Source of the DNA: an uncultured virus (IMG/VR IMGVR_UViG_3300033146_001398)
Lineage: Duplodnaviria > Heunggongvirae > Uroviricota > Caudoviricetes
DNA: 64,000 nt
Strand: one strand, 5' to 3'
IMG/VR virus record: IMGVR_UViG_3300033146_001398
Below are positions 10,019-19,318 of this stretch, in pieces; position 1 is the first letter of the stretch; each line of letters opens with the position of its first letter. A program made the position numbers and the translations under genes. A model generated the notes under the pieces. The model did not search any database. It saw only the letters and a program-made list of their open reading frames with translations, and had not been told where the DNA came from.

Positions 10019-11029
10019 TTAACTCTCTAAAAATTTTCGTATCTTATTAAATACATTCTCTCTGTTTTCTTTCCATTCATGTTCCCAAATTTCTAACAGT
10101 CTATAATCGTATTTTTCATACATTTTAATTTTTTTATTATAATTATTAATTGTTTGATTTGCTCTAAAATGTTTTTTAGTATCCTGTAGTACGTTAGGAC
10201 AACATGTCTGGCATCCGTGCCAATAGCAGCCGTTGTATTCTATTATTTTTTTCTTTTCTTCAAATCTGAAATCAGGTTTACAAGAAAAATTTGTAAATTT
10301 CATTTTAGTATCATGTAAAAATACAAAATTATTTTTAAGTAAAAAATCATTAATTTCTAACTCAGCAATAGAATTTCCCATTGTTGGTCTCAGCGAAGCT
10401 TTATCTGATTGTCTTTGTCGCATTAAATCGTATTTTTCAGCACCTAAATATTCAGATGTAGTTATATTTAATTTTCGTAACATATTATAATATTTTTGTG
10501 CTCTTTTACTACCATTTTTACTTTGTTGCAAACGTCCAGCGTCAGTAGCAAAATATTTTTTCATCCCATCACTAACATTCTTTCTAACTATATCATAGGT
10601 TCCATTTTCTTTTTTATTTTTAATTGACAAACTAATTGCTTTTCCTCGTGTTATTCTAGCTTCTACAGTTTGTATCTTACCTTCTAATAGCGCTTTTTTA
10701 ACACCAGTAGAAATCTTTTGTTTATATTCATCTGTAGTTCTATTTGTATTTTTAAAATTATTATTTAATGTGTAGCGTTTATGCCACTCTTCAGGATTAT
10801 CTTTTTTTATTTTATCTAGAGAGGCTTTTTGAGAGTTAGACTGTACCCGCAGTTGTTCGCAATTATCTTTTGTTTTTCCCTTCCATTTACATGGTCGTTG
10901 ACTAACAAGTCTAGAATTAGGATATAATAATTTATATTGAGCAGTAGTTAACTTATGTTTTGCTTTTATATGCGATGTTAGTATCAACGCTTCAAAACCA
11001 CATACTTTACATATTATTTTATTAACCAT
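10019..11029 (-). CDS. Putative homing endonuclease: C2H2 Zn finger + Vsr/DUF559-like nuclease
   Basis: CKVCG..HIKAKH; KPDF..IIEYNGCYWHGC..EIWEHEW; paralog of 9045..9980. Confidence 0.8.
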   Translation of the reverse strand: MVNKIICKVCGFEALILTSHIKAKHKLTTAQYKLLYPNSRLVSQRPCKWKGKTKDNCEQLRVQSNSQKASLDKIKKDNPEEWHKRYTLNNNFKNTNRTTDEYKQKISTGVKKALLEGKIQTVEARITRGKAISLSIKNKKENGTYDIVRKNVSDGMKKYFATDAGRLQQSKNGSKRAQKYYNMLRKLNITTSEYLGAEKYDLMRQRQSDKASLRPTMGNSIAELEINDFLLKNNFVFLHDTKMKFTNFSCKPDFRFEEKKKIIEYNGCYWHGCQTCCPNVLQDTKKHFRANQTINNYNKKIKMYEKYDYRLLEIWEHEWKENRENVFNKIRKFLES

Positions 11030-11100
11030 AGAATATTATAAATTATACTAATTTATAAAACTTTTTATTAGATACATTAGAAAGTTAAAAAATAAAAATA

Positions 11101-11118
11101 AAAGCTTAATTAAGCTTT
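11101..11118 (-). terminator. Palindrome plus T-run after head decoration gene
   Basis: Perfect 18-bp palindrome AAAGCTTAATTAAGCTTT, followed on minus strand by TATTTTTATTTTTT. Confidence 0.5.
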
Positions 11119-11386
11119 ATTCGTAAAGAACTCTTACAACAATTAAAGCATCAGTAGTAGCTGCTGTTTCTAAAGTTAAGACATTAGTTGCATATGACAC
11201 TTGTAATGCTGCGCCAGTTGCTGCAACGTGTGCACTAACTGCTTTAATGGTAGTTACAACTTCATTGTTGTTATCACCATTTAAAGTAATTGTTTCATCA
11301 GTTGACGCTTTTGCTTCAACTAAAAGTTCTGATTTTCCTGCGTAACCCTGTAAAGGAGTTACTGTAATATCTGTAGCTTCTGCCAT
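11117..11386 (-). CDS. Putative head decoration/minor capsid protein
   Basis: Ala/Thr/Val-rich 89 aa directly downstream of MCP; GAGGT SD. Confidence 0.6.
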   Translation of the reverse strand: MAEATDITVTPLQGYAGKSELLVEAKASTDETITLNGDNNNEVVTTIKAVSAHVAATGAALQVSYATNVLTLETAATTDALIVVRVLYE

Positions 11387-11421
11387 TTTTATTATTTTAC
11401 CTCATATTTATTTAAAAATTA

Positions 11422-11450
11422 AAAAATACTGCAATTAAGCAGTAATTTTT
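11422..11450 (-). terminator. Hairpin at MCP stop
   Basis: TACTGC-aattaa-GCAGTA flanked by A/T runs. Confidence 0.4.
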
Positions 11451-12409
11451 GAAACACTAGTTGTGTACATCATTGCCATAACATATGACATAAGTGCAAC
11501 CACTTCTGTGTCATATAGCTTACCCGGAATTCTGCCTTCAAAAGTTTCTAAGTTAGATTCTTTAACTAAGATATTTCTTTTCTTTTCTAATACAAGTGCT
11601 TGCGCAGATGTTAAGAAAGGAGTTACAACAACTTCCATATTACCAAACATAAGTGGCATAGTTGCAGCATTTACTGGAGCACCAGGGATAGCTGAAGCAT
11701 AGTACATAGCTGATTTTACATCAGTATCTTTTCTAAAAGCTCCCCAATTTGCAGCACTAATTACTAAAGCATCTGCAATAAAACCGTATTTTACACCATT
11801 ACCATATGCTGAGTTATTAACTGCAGTTTCTGCATCAATTACAGCATCGTAGTCAATTCCACCAGTGATAGCAGATAGTGTAGTTCCAGCAGCTAATCCG
11901 TTTAAAATATCACTAGCTAATTTTCTAGAGATTGCATCAGCAGCATTTTTCAATACATATTGTGCAAATCCAGTCATTCCTCTTTTCAGTATTTCCCAAG
12001 TTAGAGAAGTACCAGCAACAACTTTTCTACAAGTTACAGTTACAGCGTCAATTCCTTCATCGAAGTAATTAACAACAGCTCCTTCAGAAACTTCAACAGC
12101 AATAGTTGGAGCTAATCTAGGTAACTGCATAGCACCGAATCCACCTTTATTAATTAAGTCTTCGTTGATTTCAACTAAGTCTAAAACTTTATCAATTTTT
12201 TCGATAGCTGCAGTGTATAATGTAGTAGCTAATAGGTTTGTATATGAACCTGCGTTATTTGTAGTTGTTTGTCCTGCTTCTGAAAAAGTAATTCCAAAGG
12301 ATTCTTTTAAAGTTTCGGGGCAGTCGTCTTTAAATGCTTCTGCAAGCATCTTACCAGCTTCTTCACTAATTTGTGAACCGCCAGTTTTCGTAATTTCTGT
12401 ATATAACAT
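11435..12409 (-). CDS. Major capsid protein (HK97 fold)
   Basis: 324 aa after the protease; AVEVSEG, VTVTCRKVVAGTSLTWEIL, AISRKLASDIL, LMFGNMEVVVTP match HK97-type patterns. Confidence 0.9.
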   Translation of the reverse strand: MLYTEITKTGGSQISEEAGKMLAEAFKDDCPETLKESFGITFSEAGQTTTNNAGSYTNLLATTLYTAAIEKIDKVLDLVEINEDLINKGGFGAMQLPRLAPTIAVEVSEGAVVNYFDEGIDAVTVTCRKVVAGTSLTWEILKRGMTGFAQYVLKNAADAISRKLASDILNGLAAGTTLSAITGGIDYDAVIDAETAVNNSAYGNGVKYGFIADALVISAANWGAFRKDTDVKSAMYYASAIPGAPVNAATMPLMFGNMEVVVTPFLTSAQALVLEKKRNILVKESNLETFEGRIPGKLYDTEVVALMSYVMAMMYTTSVSKITA

Positions 12410-12420
12410 TTTTATTTACC

Positions 12421-13845
12421 TCAAAATATTTTACTAACTGCACTTGAAAAGTTTTCTGTTTTAGTTGTTTTATAACCAACATTAGCTAATCTCATGCTTT
12501 CTTTTTTCTCAACGATAGGTGCCTTTGGTTCTTCTTCTTCATCTTCTTCAGATTCGTCAGACTCTTCCTTAGTTTCTCCATCTACTGATTCTTTTTCAGA
12601 TTCTTCATCTTCAACAGCTTCAGCTTTTGGCTCTTCTTCAGACTCTACAGCTTCGTTCTTAGTAATTTTATCTTCTTTACCATCTTTGTTTTGACTATCG
12701 CCTTCTCCAGGTTCTTGTGGATTTGCGTCAGTTTTAACATCAGGTGTAGTTGTTGCATCTTGTTCTGTTTGTGGTGTATCAGATTCTTCTTTAGTATCTT
12801 CTACTTCAGTTCCATCTTCTTTAACAGCGTCTTCATCTTCAGATTCTGATTCAGATTTAGTTTCTTCATCTTCTTCATTTGATTCTTCAACAGTATCTTC
12901 AACATCAGTGCCAGCTTCTTCTAAGCTTTTAACTCTATCATTTAATGCTTCTACAACATCTACTAATTTGTCCATGTCAGAAGGTTGTTCAGCTTCTTCA
13001 GAAAGAGACTCTTCCTCCTTAACAGGTTCTTCTACTGCTTCCTGTACTTCTTCAGGAGCTTGTTCTTGTTTTAATTTATCTTCTTCTGCCATTTTATTAT
13101 CCTCATCTACAGATTCTGCTGTAGTATTGTAATAATCGTTATTTTCTTTCAAGTGGTCTAATACTAATTGAGCTACTTCATTTTTATCTAAATCAGGGTG
13201 CTCTTTAGTTTCTTTTTCTAAACCTTGAGTGAATGCATGTACGCTAAATTCTTCGCCAACTAATTCTTCTTTCTTACTAAATTTAACTTTAGTAGCTCCA
13301 GGGTTATTAGCTGTAGTTTGTCCACAATCTTCTTTAACTATTTTAAAAGCTTCAGCCAAAGCGACTTCCATTGAAGATTGATTATACCCAGGGACTTTTA
13401 CTACACTAACTTCTAAAGGTTCACCAATAAAAGCTCTTGTGTATACGTTACCTTCATTGTCCTTTTCAGACTTTTGTGCATCTGCTTGAATTTGAATTGA
13501 GACTTTATTTAAAAAGCCTTTTTTAATAGAACTAGCATATTCAGATTCTTCATCTATTTCAGCTTCATAATAAACACCAGCTATACCAGCATCATCATCT
13601 TCTTCTTTAATCCAAGTTTTTTTAATCTTACCAATTGGTTTTTTGCCGTCATCGATAATATGATTATAGTTTAAACATACATCTTCAAATTCTTTAGCAT
13701 GAGTTTTTACAGAATCCCAATCATATAAAACACCATTTCTGGACACTTTATCTCTTGGAAGCAATAAACCTTTAACTTTAAAATCTTCAGATACAGTACC
13801 AATAGGTCTTAAAATTTCACCTACAACATTTGTTACTTTTACCAT
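12421..13845 (-). CDS. Prohead protease fused to acidic scaffold, with inserted DUF5661-like domain
   Basis: SRNGVLY, LNYNH, PIGKI, KVSIQ, LEVSVVKVPG (HK97-type protease); GLEKETKEH..DHLKENNDYY; Glu-rich tail. Confidence 0.85.
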   Translation of the reverse strand: MVKVTNVVGEILRPIGTVSEDFKVKGLLLPRDKVSRNGVLYDWDSVKTHAKEFEDVCLNYNHIIDDGKKPIGKIKKTWIKEEDDDAGIAGVYYEAEIDEESEYASSIKKGFLNKVSIQIQADAQKSEKDNEGNVYTRAFIGEPLEVSVVKVPGYNQSSMEVALAEAFKIVKEDCGQTTANNPGATKVKFSKKEELVGEEFSVHAFTQGLEKETKEHPDLDKNEVAQLVLDHLKENNDYYNTTAESVDEDNKMAEEDKLKQEQAPEEVQEAVEEPVKEEESLSEEAEQPSDMDKLVDVVEALNDRVKSLEEAGTDVEDTVEESNEEDEETKSESESEDEDAVKEDGTEVEDTKEESDTPQTEQDATTTPDVKTDANPQEPGEGDSQNKDGKEDKITKNEAVESEEEPKAEAVEDEESEKESVDGETKEESDESEEDEEEEPKAPIVEKKESMRLANVGYKTTKTENFSSAVSKIF

Positions 13846-13884
13846 TTTTAATTTAATTTTATTAATTTAATATTTAAAAATAAT

Positions 13885-14190
13885 TTATTTTTTAACCTTT
13901 TTAGCCTTTTTACCAAATATTTTAGGTTTTGACACTATTTTAGGTTTTGGCGCTATTTTAGGTTTTGACACAACTTTAGGTTTTTCTGCTACTTTTACAG
14001 GTTTAGCGCTAAATCCTTTTATTATTTCGTTAATATTAATTTCATTATCAACATCTGAAGGAATAAAGTTCTTTCTGTCATTTGTTTCGTTCATTGTGTG
14101 CACATTATAATTTTTGATTAAATCTGCAATACCATAACCAACTATAACACTTTTAGTTATATGATGTTTAACTTCTATATTTTTTACCAT
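13885..14190 (-). CDS. Basic protein with KPK repeats (possible DNA-condensing/head protein)
   Basis: KPKVVS-KPKIAP-KPKIVS-KPKIFG, then KKAKKVKK. Confidence 0.65.
   Translation of the reverse strand: MVKNIEVKHHITKSVIVGYGIADLIKNYNVHTMNETNDRKNFIPSDVDNEININEIIKGFSAKPVKVAEKPKVVSKPKIAPKPKIVSKPKIFGKKAKKVKK
13918..13989. repeat. Four tandem 18-bp coding repeats
   Basis: tattttaggttttgacac / tattttaggttttggcgc / tattttaggttttgacac / aactttaggtttttctgc. Confidence 0.9.
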
Positions 14191-14193
14191 TTT

Positions 14194-15282
14194 TTATTCT
14201 ACCTTCACTTCTGGATTATCTGAAATCATTGCTTTTTCTTCTTCAGATAACTTATCATAATTCTTACTGAATGTAGCTTGAGCTCGTTGATTTCTGTAAT
14301 TTAAAATATCTTCTTCGCTTGGATTAGTTTCAATTGCAATTTCTTTTTTGCAAATAGACTCATGTAGTCTTTCCAGCTTTGATAGTGATTCTTTAGAATA
14401 TTGTTTCGCTAATTTAACTGCTTTACTTGCGTCCTTTTGACTAACTGTTACATAACCAAAATCAGATTTTGATGCTACAGATTTAATACCGTGTTTTTTC
14501 AAACGCGCAACACCACCTGAAACGTTTTTACCGACATATACATCAATATCGTCACTTGCTTCAGAGAATGATTCTTTACCAATGAATTGCAATAATTGTT
14601 TATCACTAATGTTTTTTACTTTTGTAAATTCTTTTTGCATATCTTTAACAATATCAGTATTTGATTTTCCTTTTCTTCTTTGAGCACTAACATAATTCAT
14701 TATTTTGTAAGTATCAGATTTTATATCAGATGTTTTGATTTCCTTCACAACAGACTCATGTAGTCTTTCCAGCTTTGTTTTTTCCTTTTGACAAACACTT
14801 TCATGTAGTCTTTCTAATTTTGATTCCATTTTATTACCTATATTCTTTTCATATTCAGCAACATTAAATACAAATCTATTCTTATTTGATTTTGCCCAGG
14901 GAATGTTATAACCTTGTCTTAAAGATTCTTTTGCATATGATGGGAATGTTAAGTCAACAATTTGTTTGTTATTAGAAGCGTAATAATGAACTCTAGCTAA
15001 GCCGCCAAATGCATTAGATACTTTTTTAACTTTAAAACCATCAACACGTTCTGCTACTTTATTAGCTGCCTTTCTGCAATCTCCAATCGTGTATACATTA
15101 GAATATAATTTAATAAATTTTTGTAATGGTAATTTATTATTAGCTTCTGACATTTGAACTAACGCAACATTATCTTCACCATCTTCAACTATATCTACTA
15201 CTCTTCCTTTCTTACCGTCGATAATAGCTTTGTCGTCTAAAGCAATTTCAGAATGTAATTTTTCTAACTTACTTTGAACCAT
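14194..15282 (-). CDS. Head-module multidomain protein with four (S/T)KLE(R/K)LH(ES/SE) repeats; includes a Cys-His-Asp papain/transglutaminase-like segment
   Basis: Repeats visible in protein; 26-bp identical DNA at 14356..14381 and 14752..14777; GDCRKAA...HYYAS...IVDLT. Confidence 0.7.
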   Translation of the reverse strand: MVQSKLEKLHSEIALDDKAIIDGKKGRVVDIVEDGEDNVALVQMSEANNKLPLQKFIKLYSNVYTIGDCRKAANKVAERVDGFKVKKVSNAFGGLARVHYYASNNKQIVDLTFPSYAKESLRQGYNIPWAKSNKNRFVFNVAEYEKNIGNKMESKLERLHESVCQKEKTKLERLHESVVKEIKTSDIKSDTYKIMNYVSAQRRKGKSNTDIVKDMQKEFTKVKNISDKQLLQFIGKESFSEASDDIDVYVGKNVSGGVARLKKHGIKSVASKSDFGYVTVSQKDASKAVKLAKQYSKESLSKLERLHESICKKEIAIETNPSEEDILNYRNQRAQATFSKNYDKLSEEEKAMISDNPEVKVE

Positions 15283-15548
15283 TATTTCATTAACCTCTTC
15301 AAACCATCTAATGTAGATGCTGAATAAATATCATAATTATGGGAGACTAAAATAAATTTCTTAGAACTATCATCATATATAACGTCACCATTAGGTGTAC
15401 GCTCAATAACTTTAGTTGATTCAGAAAGACATTCTTTTTTAAGATGTTTATTAACGAATCTATATATTAAGTATGCTAAAGCAGCAACTAATATCGGATT
15501 CTTTAAGTACTTTTTGATAAAGAATTTTGCGTCAGTTAGAAGCGACAC
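15282..15548 (-). CDS. Small protein with hydrophobic helix, head module
   Basis: GTG start with GGTGGAG SD; NPILVAALAYLIYRFV; late motif at 15601. Confidence 0.6.
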   Translation of the reverse strand: MSLLTDAKFFIKKYLKNPILVAALAYLIYRFVNKHLKKECLSESTKVIERTPNGDVIYDDSSKKFILVSHNYDIYSASTLDGLKRLMK

Positions 15549-15633
15549 TTACTCCACCCTCATATTATTTTTAATCATAATATGAATTTTATTAAAATTC
15601 ATATTTAAAAATAATTAAAATAATTAAAATAAA

Positions 15634-15834
15634 TTAAACTTTTTTGTACAAATAGCTCTTATTAGTATGCCCAGGAATTATGGTGCCTCTAACCTTTTGT
15701 ACAGCTTCAATTCTGATAAGCCATTTAAAAAAATTAAAAAATTCAGTATTTGACATATCAAACTTAGCTCGAACCTCTTTACACGTCTTCCATTCAGATA
15801 AAAATTCTAATAGTACGTCCACTTCGGGTCGCAT
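15634..15834 (-). CDS. Winged-helix DNA-binding protein
   Basis: LLEFL..KTCKEVRAKF.MS......KWL....VQK..wing YLYK. Confidence 0.6.
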   Translation of the reverse strand: MRPEVDVLLEFLSEWKTCKEVRAKFDMSNTEFFNFFKWLIRIEAVQKVRGTIIPGHTNKSYLYKKV

Positions 15835-16322
15835 TATTTAGAATCCTCCTTTTCTATAATAGGATTTGACCATAAATTAATAGCTTCTTTCATATCTTTA
15901 ATGTTCTTTTTATGTTTATTAGTATGCATAAGAGTTTGGTTTTCTAACGTTAACTTAAGTTTCTCTTTTTCTTGCTCCTTATCAGCTACAGTATCTAAAC
16001 TAGATTTTTTGTATTCTTGATATTCCTTTTCAAGTTTAGCAGCACGGTCTTCTACACTTAATAAATCCATCTCAGCAATACGTGCAACTACATTATTATA
16101 TGTTGTATCTATCTGATCGTACCCGTTCTTCAGTGCGTTATCAAACATTTCAGCTTGAGTTTTTAAGAACTCGCTACTTTCTTCTTTAGACTCATTCCAT
16201 GCTTTTAACATTAAATTTACGTTTTTCTTTGGATAAATTACTGATGTTGTGTGCACATAATGTAACGGGTGCCGTATAACTTCATTATTACTTACTCTCA
16301 TTTCTGGTTCTTCTTTATTCAT
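15834..16322 (-). CDS. Hypothetical coiled-coil protein
   Basis: 162-aa ORF coupled to neighbours. Confidence 0.6.
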   Translation of the reverse strand: MNKEEPEMRVSNNEVIRHPLHYVHTTSVIYPKKNVNLMLKAWNESKEESSEFLKTQAEMFDNALKNGYDQIDTTYNNVVARIAEMDLLSVEDRAAKLEKEYQEYKKSSLDTVADKEQEKEKLKLTLENQTLMHTNKHKKNIKDMKEAINLWSNPIIEKEDSK

Positions 16323-16323
16323 T

Positions 16324-16515
16324 TTAATCTCCTAAGACTTTTTCAATTACAGGTTTTACTGACAGAAATATTCTATCAGTCTTGTGTTCGATTGCTGCTA
16401 CTTTAGTATCGAACGCAAAAAGTTTCTTATTAAAAATTTCTTGTAGTCCTATAATCGTATTTTGATTATCTGAAATCTTCTTTAATACTTTCAATATTTT
16501 ATCTGTTTGGTCCAT
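16324..16515 (-). CDS. Hypothetical protein
   Basis: 63-aa helical ORF with AGGT SD. Confidence 0.55.
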   Translation of the reverse strand: MDQTDKILKVLKKISDNQNTIIGLQEIFNKKLFAFDTKVAAIEHKTDRIFLSVKPVIEKVLGD

Positions 16516-16527
16516 TTTTATAATTAC

Positions 16528-16854
16528 CTATGAATTTTTGTCATCAGTCCATGAAATTCTAACGCCATCTTTTGTTAAAAACGGAATGCGCCCAAGTTCT
16601 TTTGCTTTCTTTCTACCAGCATCCCAGATATGCTTTTTATCTCTTTTTCCTTCTTTATAATCTTTTAGCATTTTTTTAGACATATTGCTGCAAATTTCAT
16701 TTCGTTTATTTGATGCCGACCAATGATTTATTTTTACTCTTCTACTCATCTCTGCAGAATTACATGAATAACAAATATTTTTAATATATTTCCCCCACCG
16801 ATTTTTAGATACAACCAAATTTTCGATAGTTCCACATTTTAAACATTTTTTCAT
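16528..16854 (-). CDS. Zn-finger basic protein resembling a homing-endonuclease N-terminus, no nuclease domain
   Basis: MKKCLKCGT similar to MLKKCLHCGT of 9045..9980; second CxxC. Confidence 0.55.
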   Translation of the reverse strand: MKKCLKCGTIENLVVSKNRWGKYIKNICYSCNSAEMSRRVKINHWSASNKRNEICSNMSKKMLKDYKEGKRDKKHIWDAGRKKAKELGRIPFLTKDGVRISWTDDKNS

Positions 16855-17471
16855 TTTAATCCTTTATAACTTGCAATATAATGACATCTACAATTTGGTC
16901 TAGTGGGAATTCGTTTGTCTGCGTTTTTAAGTAAGTAATCTATTTTAAACTCTTTATTATTCAATTTACGGTGGTCTAAACCAACCTTTGAATCATTTCG
17001 TGTTTTATACTTAACATAAATAATGCCAGCCTTCTGCCACATTAAAAGTTGAGTTACAGCTTTTATATTTGCTGCTTCAGTCTTCGCGACTACAGCAAAG
17101 TCGCTTGCAGTAAATTGTTTATCAGGGTCCGTTACTTTAGATTTTAAATCTCTGTAAATAGACACAGTACTTGCAGGCTTCTTAGAGATGTTATCTTTAT
17201 CTAGTATTTTTTTCATATAACCAAATAAAGAATGTTGAATCCTAGCAACCCGAGACTTCCCCCATTTCCTAGCCGACAAATGTTTTCCAATCTCAAAACG
17301 ATTCGCAAACTTGCTAACGAAATCCGATAATTCTTTAACGCCATCAGAACTACTTATGCTTTTATAGAATCCTTCGTCCTCATTATAGAACTTAGGCAAA
17401 GCTTTCACAGTGTTCCTAATCTTAGTAACCCCATGTAAACTCTCTATTCGTTCTGAATAAGTCTTTCTCAC
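16851..17471 (-). CDS. Head morphogenesis protein (Mu gpF/SPP1 gp7-like)
   Basis: VVAKTE..., YKTRNDSKVGLDH..LN, PTRPNCRC; follows the portal. Confidence 0.85.
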   Translation of the reverse strand: MRKTYSERIESLHGVTKIRNTVKALPKFYNEDEGFYKSISSSDGVKELSDFVSKFANRFEIGKHLSARKWGKSRVARIQHSLFGYMKKILDKDNISKKPASTVSIYRDLKSKVTDPDKQFTASDFAVVAKTEAANIKAVTQLLMWQKAGIIYVKYKTRNDSKVGLDHRKLNNKEFKIDYLLKNADKRIPTRPNCRCHYIASYKGLK

Positions 17472-19057
17472 TTTTTATGTATTGCCTTTTTAATTGCTTT
17501 AACTAATTTAGTCGGAGTTCCTTTATCTTTTGTTTTATTCATTTTCTCAACAAAAGGATTCGTTGGATATTCAGATTTATCAACAGGGAAGTATTTTACA
17601 GACTCTGATATACGTTCTGTAGTAACTTCTTTAATCTCAGACAAATAAGTTTCTCTAAACTTAGTATACTTCTTATCGTTCTTAGTTAATTTTTCGACCA
17701 TCTTTTCTGTTTCATTTATAGAAACTGTAACCTTATCTAAAGGTGGCGCGTCTCCCCAAATATCTCCGCCATCAACAGTGTCATATCCAGCAGCTTTTCT
17801 GTATTCATTAAATGTACACGCTCTATTATTATATAGTTGAGCAGCCCAATTAAACACGTCATCTCTACTGTAAAGTTCAGGAGCACCAAGACTAATCTCA
17901 GTCGTTTCTGAATCTAAGTAATCAAATGTGTCAGTCAAATCTTTAATAATTATTTTATTTAAGAACACAGTTAAACTATTTTGCATTGAAGAAAGTGATA
18001 AAGAAAAAGGTACTTTAGCTTCTTGTGCTGTTGCTAAAGAACTGTCTTGACTAAATGCTGTCATGTAGTTAGGTGTCAGTCCTCCGCCAATATCTTTTCT
18101 AATATGCTCGATTTGTTGCATCATATCATCATCAGTACCAGTAAAACTTAAGTCTTCTGATACAAACTTTCTATTTACAATCAAATTATCTTCTTCTTCA
18201 AGAGCCATCAAATCATCTTTAATACCGTCAATCTCTGTCATATCAATAGGTTCGCCGTTATCAGAATAAAATCCAATAATCTTTTTACCTAATGCTCTGA
18301 ACTTTGCTCGTAAAGACCAATTTTTAAGAATCGCTTCTTCTGTATCAAAGTCGTCAACAGCAGCAGTAAGTAAACCACTACCATACCAAGGTACTCTAGA
18401 CCAGCCAAGAGTGAATTTTATATATTTGTTTTTAGGATAAGGAATCGCCCACACAAAGTTTCTTTGTAAATAAGAACCTCGCATATAATTTATTGGGTAG
18501 TACCTTGCAGTTCTATCACCAACAGTTCGAACATCATACGGAACTTCTAATAGCCAGTACTCGTCATCATTATCTGTATAAACATTTTCATATATTGTAG
18601 AAGGGTCAGGAACGTTAAACAAATTATCTAAGAATTTCTTACCTCCTTTATATTTAGCGTACACTGGTTCTAAGTATGCTGTACCAGCCGCTAACCATAG
18701 ATTTACAAAGTTTTCTAACTCTGTTTTCAAATTAACTCTCAAGTCGAACCAATCATCAATAAACTGTTTAGTTTTATCATCATCTGAAATAACCTTCAGT
18801 TCACTTATTAAAAATAATACAAGTTGATTTATTTGAGACTTTATAAAAGGTCTATCTTCGAGCATCTGTAAAACTTTATCTATCCTGTAGTTAGGAGTCT
18901 TTACACTTTCTTTGTTTAGTGTTAATCTAAATTTAGAAGTTCCTAAATCAGATGCTGTTCTACCGTCTTTACCTAATTTAGGTGCTACATGTGAATTACC
19001 ATACACAGCGCTATTTTGTTCTTTAAACAAACCGTCGAATAAATCTTTAAATTTCAT
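17468..19057 (-). CDS. Portal protein
   Basis: 529 aa after TerL; GTAYLE, WYGSGLL, CTFNEYRKAAGY..VDGGD. Confidence 0.9.
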   Translation of the reverse strand: MKFKDLFDGLFKEQNSAVYGNSHVAPKLGKDGRTASDLGTSKFRLTLNKESVKTPNYRIDKVLQMLEDRPFIKSQINQLVLFLISELKVISDDDKTKQFIDDWFDLRVNLKTELENFVNLWLAAGTAYLEPVYAKYKGGKKFLDNLFNVPDPSTIYENVYTDNDDEYWLLEVPYDVRTVGDRTARYYPINYMRGSYLQRNFVWAIPYPKNKYIKFTLGWSRVPWYGSGLLTAAVDDFDTEEAILKNWSLRAKFRALGKKIIGFYSDNGEPIDMTEIDGIKDDLMALEEEDNLIVNRKFVSEDLSFTGTDDDMMQQIEHIRKDIGGGLTPNYMTAFSQDSSLATAQEAKVPFSLSLSSMQNSLTVFLNKIIIKDLTDTFDYLDSETTEISLGAPELYSRDDVFNWAAQLYNNRACTFNEYRKAAGYDTVDGGDIWGDAPPLDKVTVSINETEKMVEKLTKNDKKYTKFRETYLSEIKEVTTERISESVKYFPVDKSEYPTNPFVEKMNKTKDKGTPTKLVKAIKKAIHKK

Positions 19058-19272
19058 GCTCTTCTAATGCCTCTAAGTCTTTTAATTATGTAGTTAAAAA
19101 TTAAGAATACTGAGTATGATATTAAGAAAGATTCAAAGATACTACGGTTAAACACAAAGAACAACAATACTGCAGTAAGCAATGGTTCAACTTCTAATGC
19201 TAATATCTTTTTTAAAATAAACCTTAATTTTTGTATAATTCGAACTTTTATAAATTTATTTTCTCCTTTCAT
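19054..19272 (-). CDS. Small two-TM membrane protein
   Basis: Two hydrophobic segments flanked by basic residues. Confidence 0.55.
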   Translation of the reverse strand: MKGENKFIKVRIIQKLRFILKKILALEVEPLLTAVLLFFVFNRSIFESFLISYSVFLIFNYIIKRLRGIRRA

Positions 19273-19318
19273 AATATTACCTTTTACTTAATAATTTATA
19301 TATTTTTTATTTTGTTAT

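Noticed and set aside
16516..16530. Genome-wide TAG reassignment (TAG in frame with next ATG here and at 36800..36814)
   Set aside because: All large genes are intact under the standard code; TAGGT doubles as SD at normal spacing; other TAG stops are soon followed by further stops
19054..19272. Holin/endolysin lysis cassette
   Set aside because: TM protein present but no recognisable lysin nearby; function cannot be assigned
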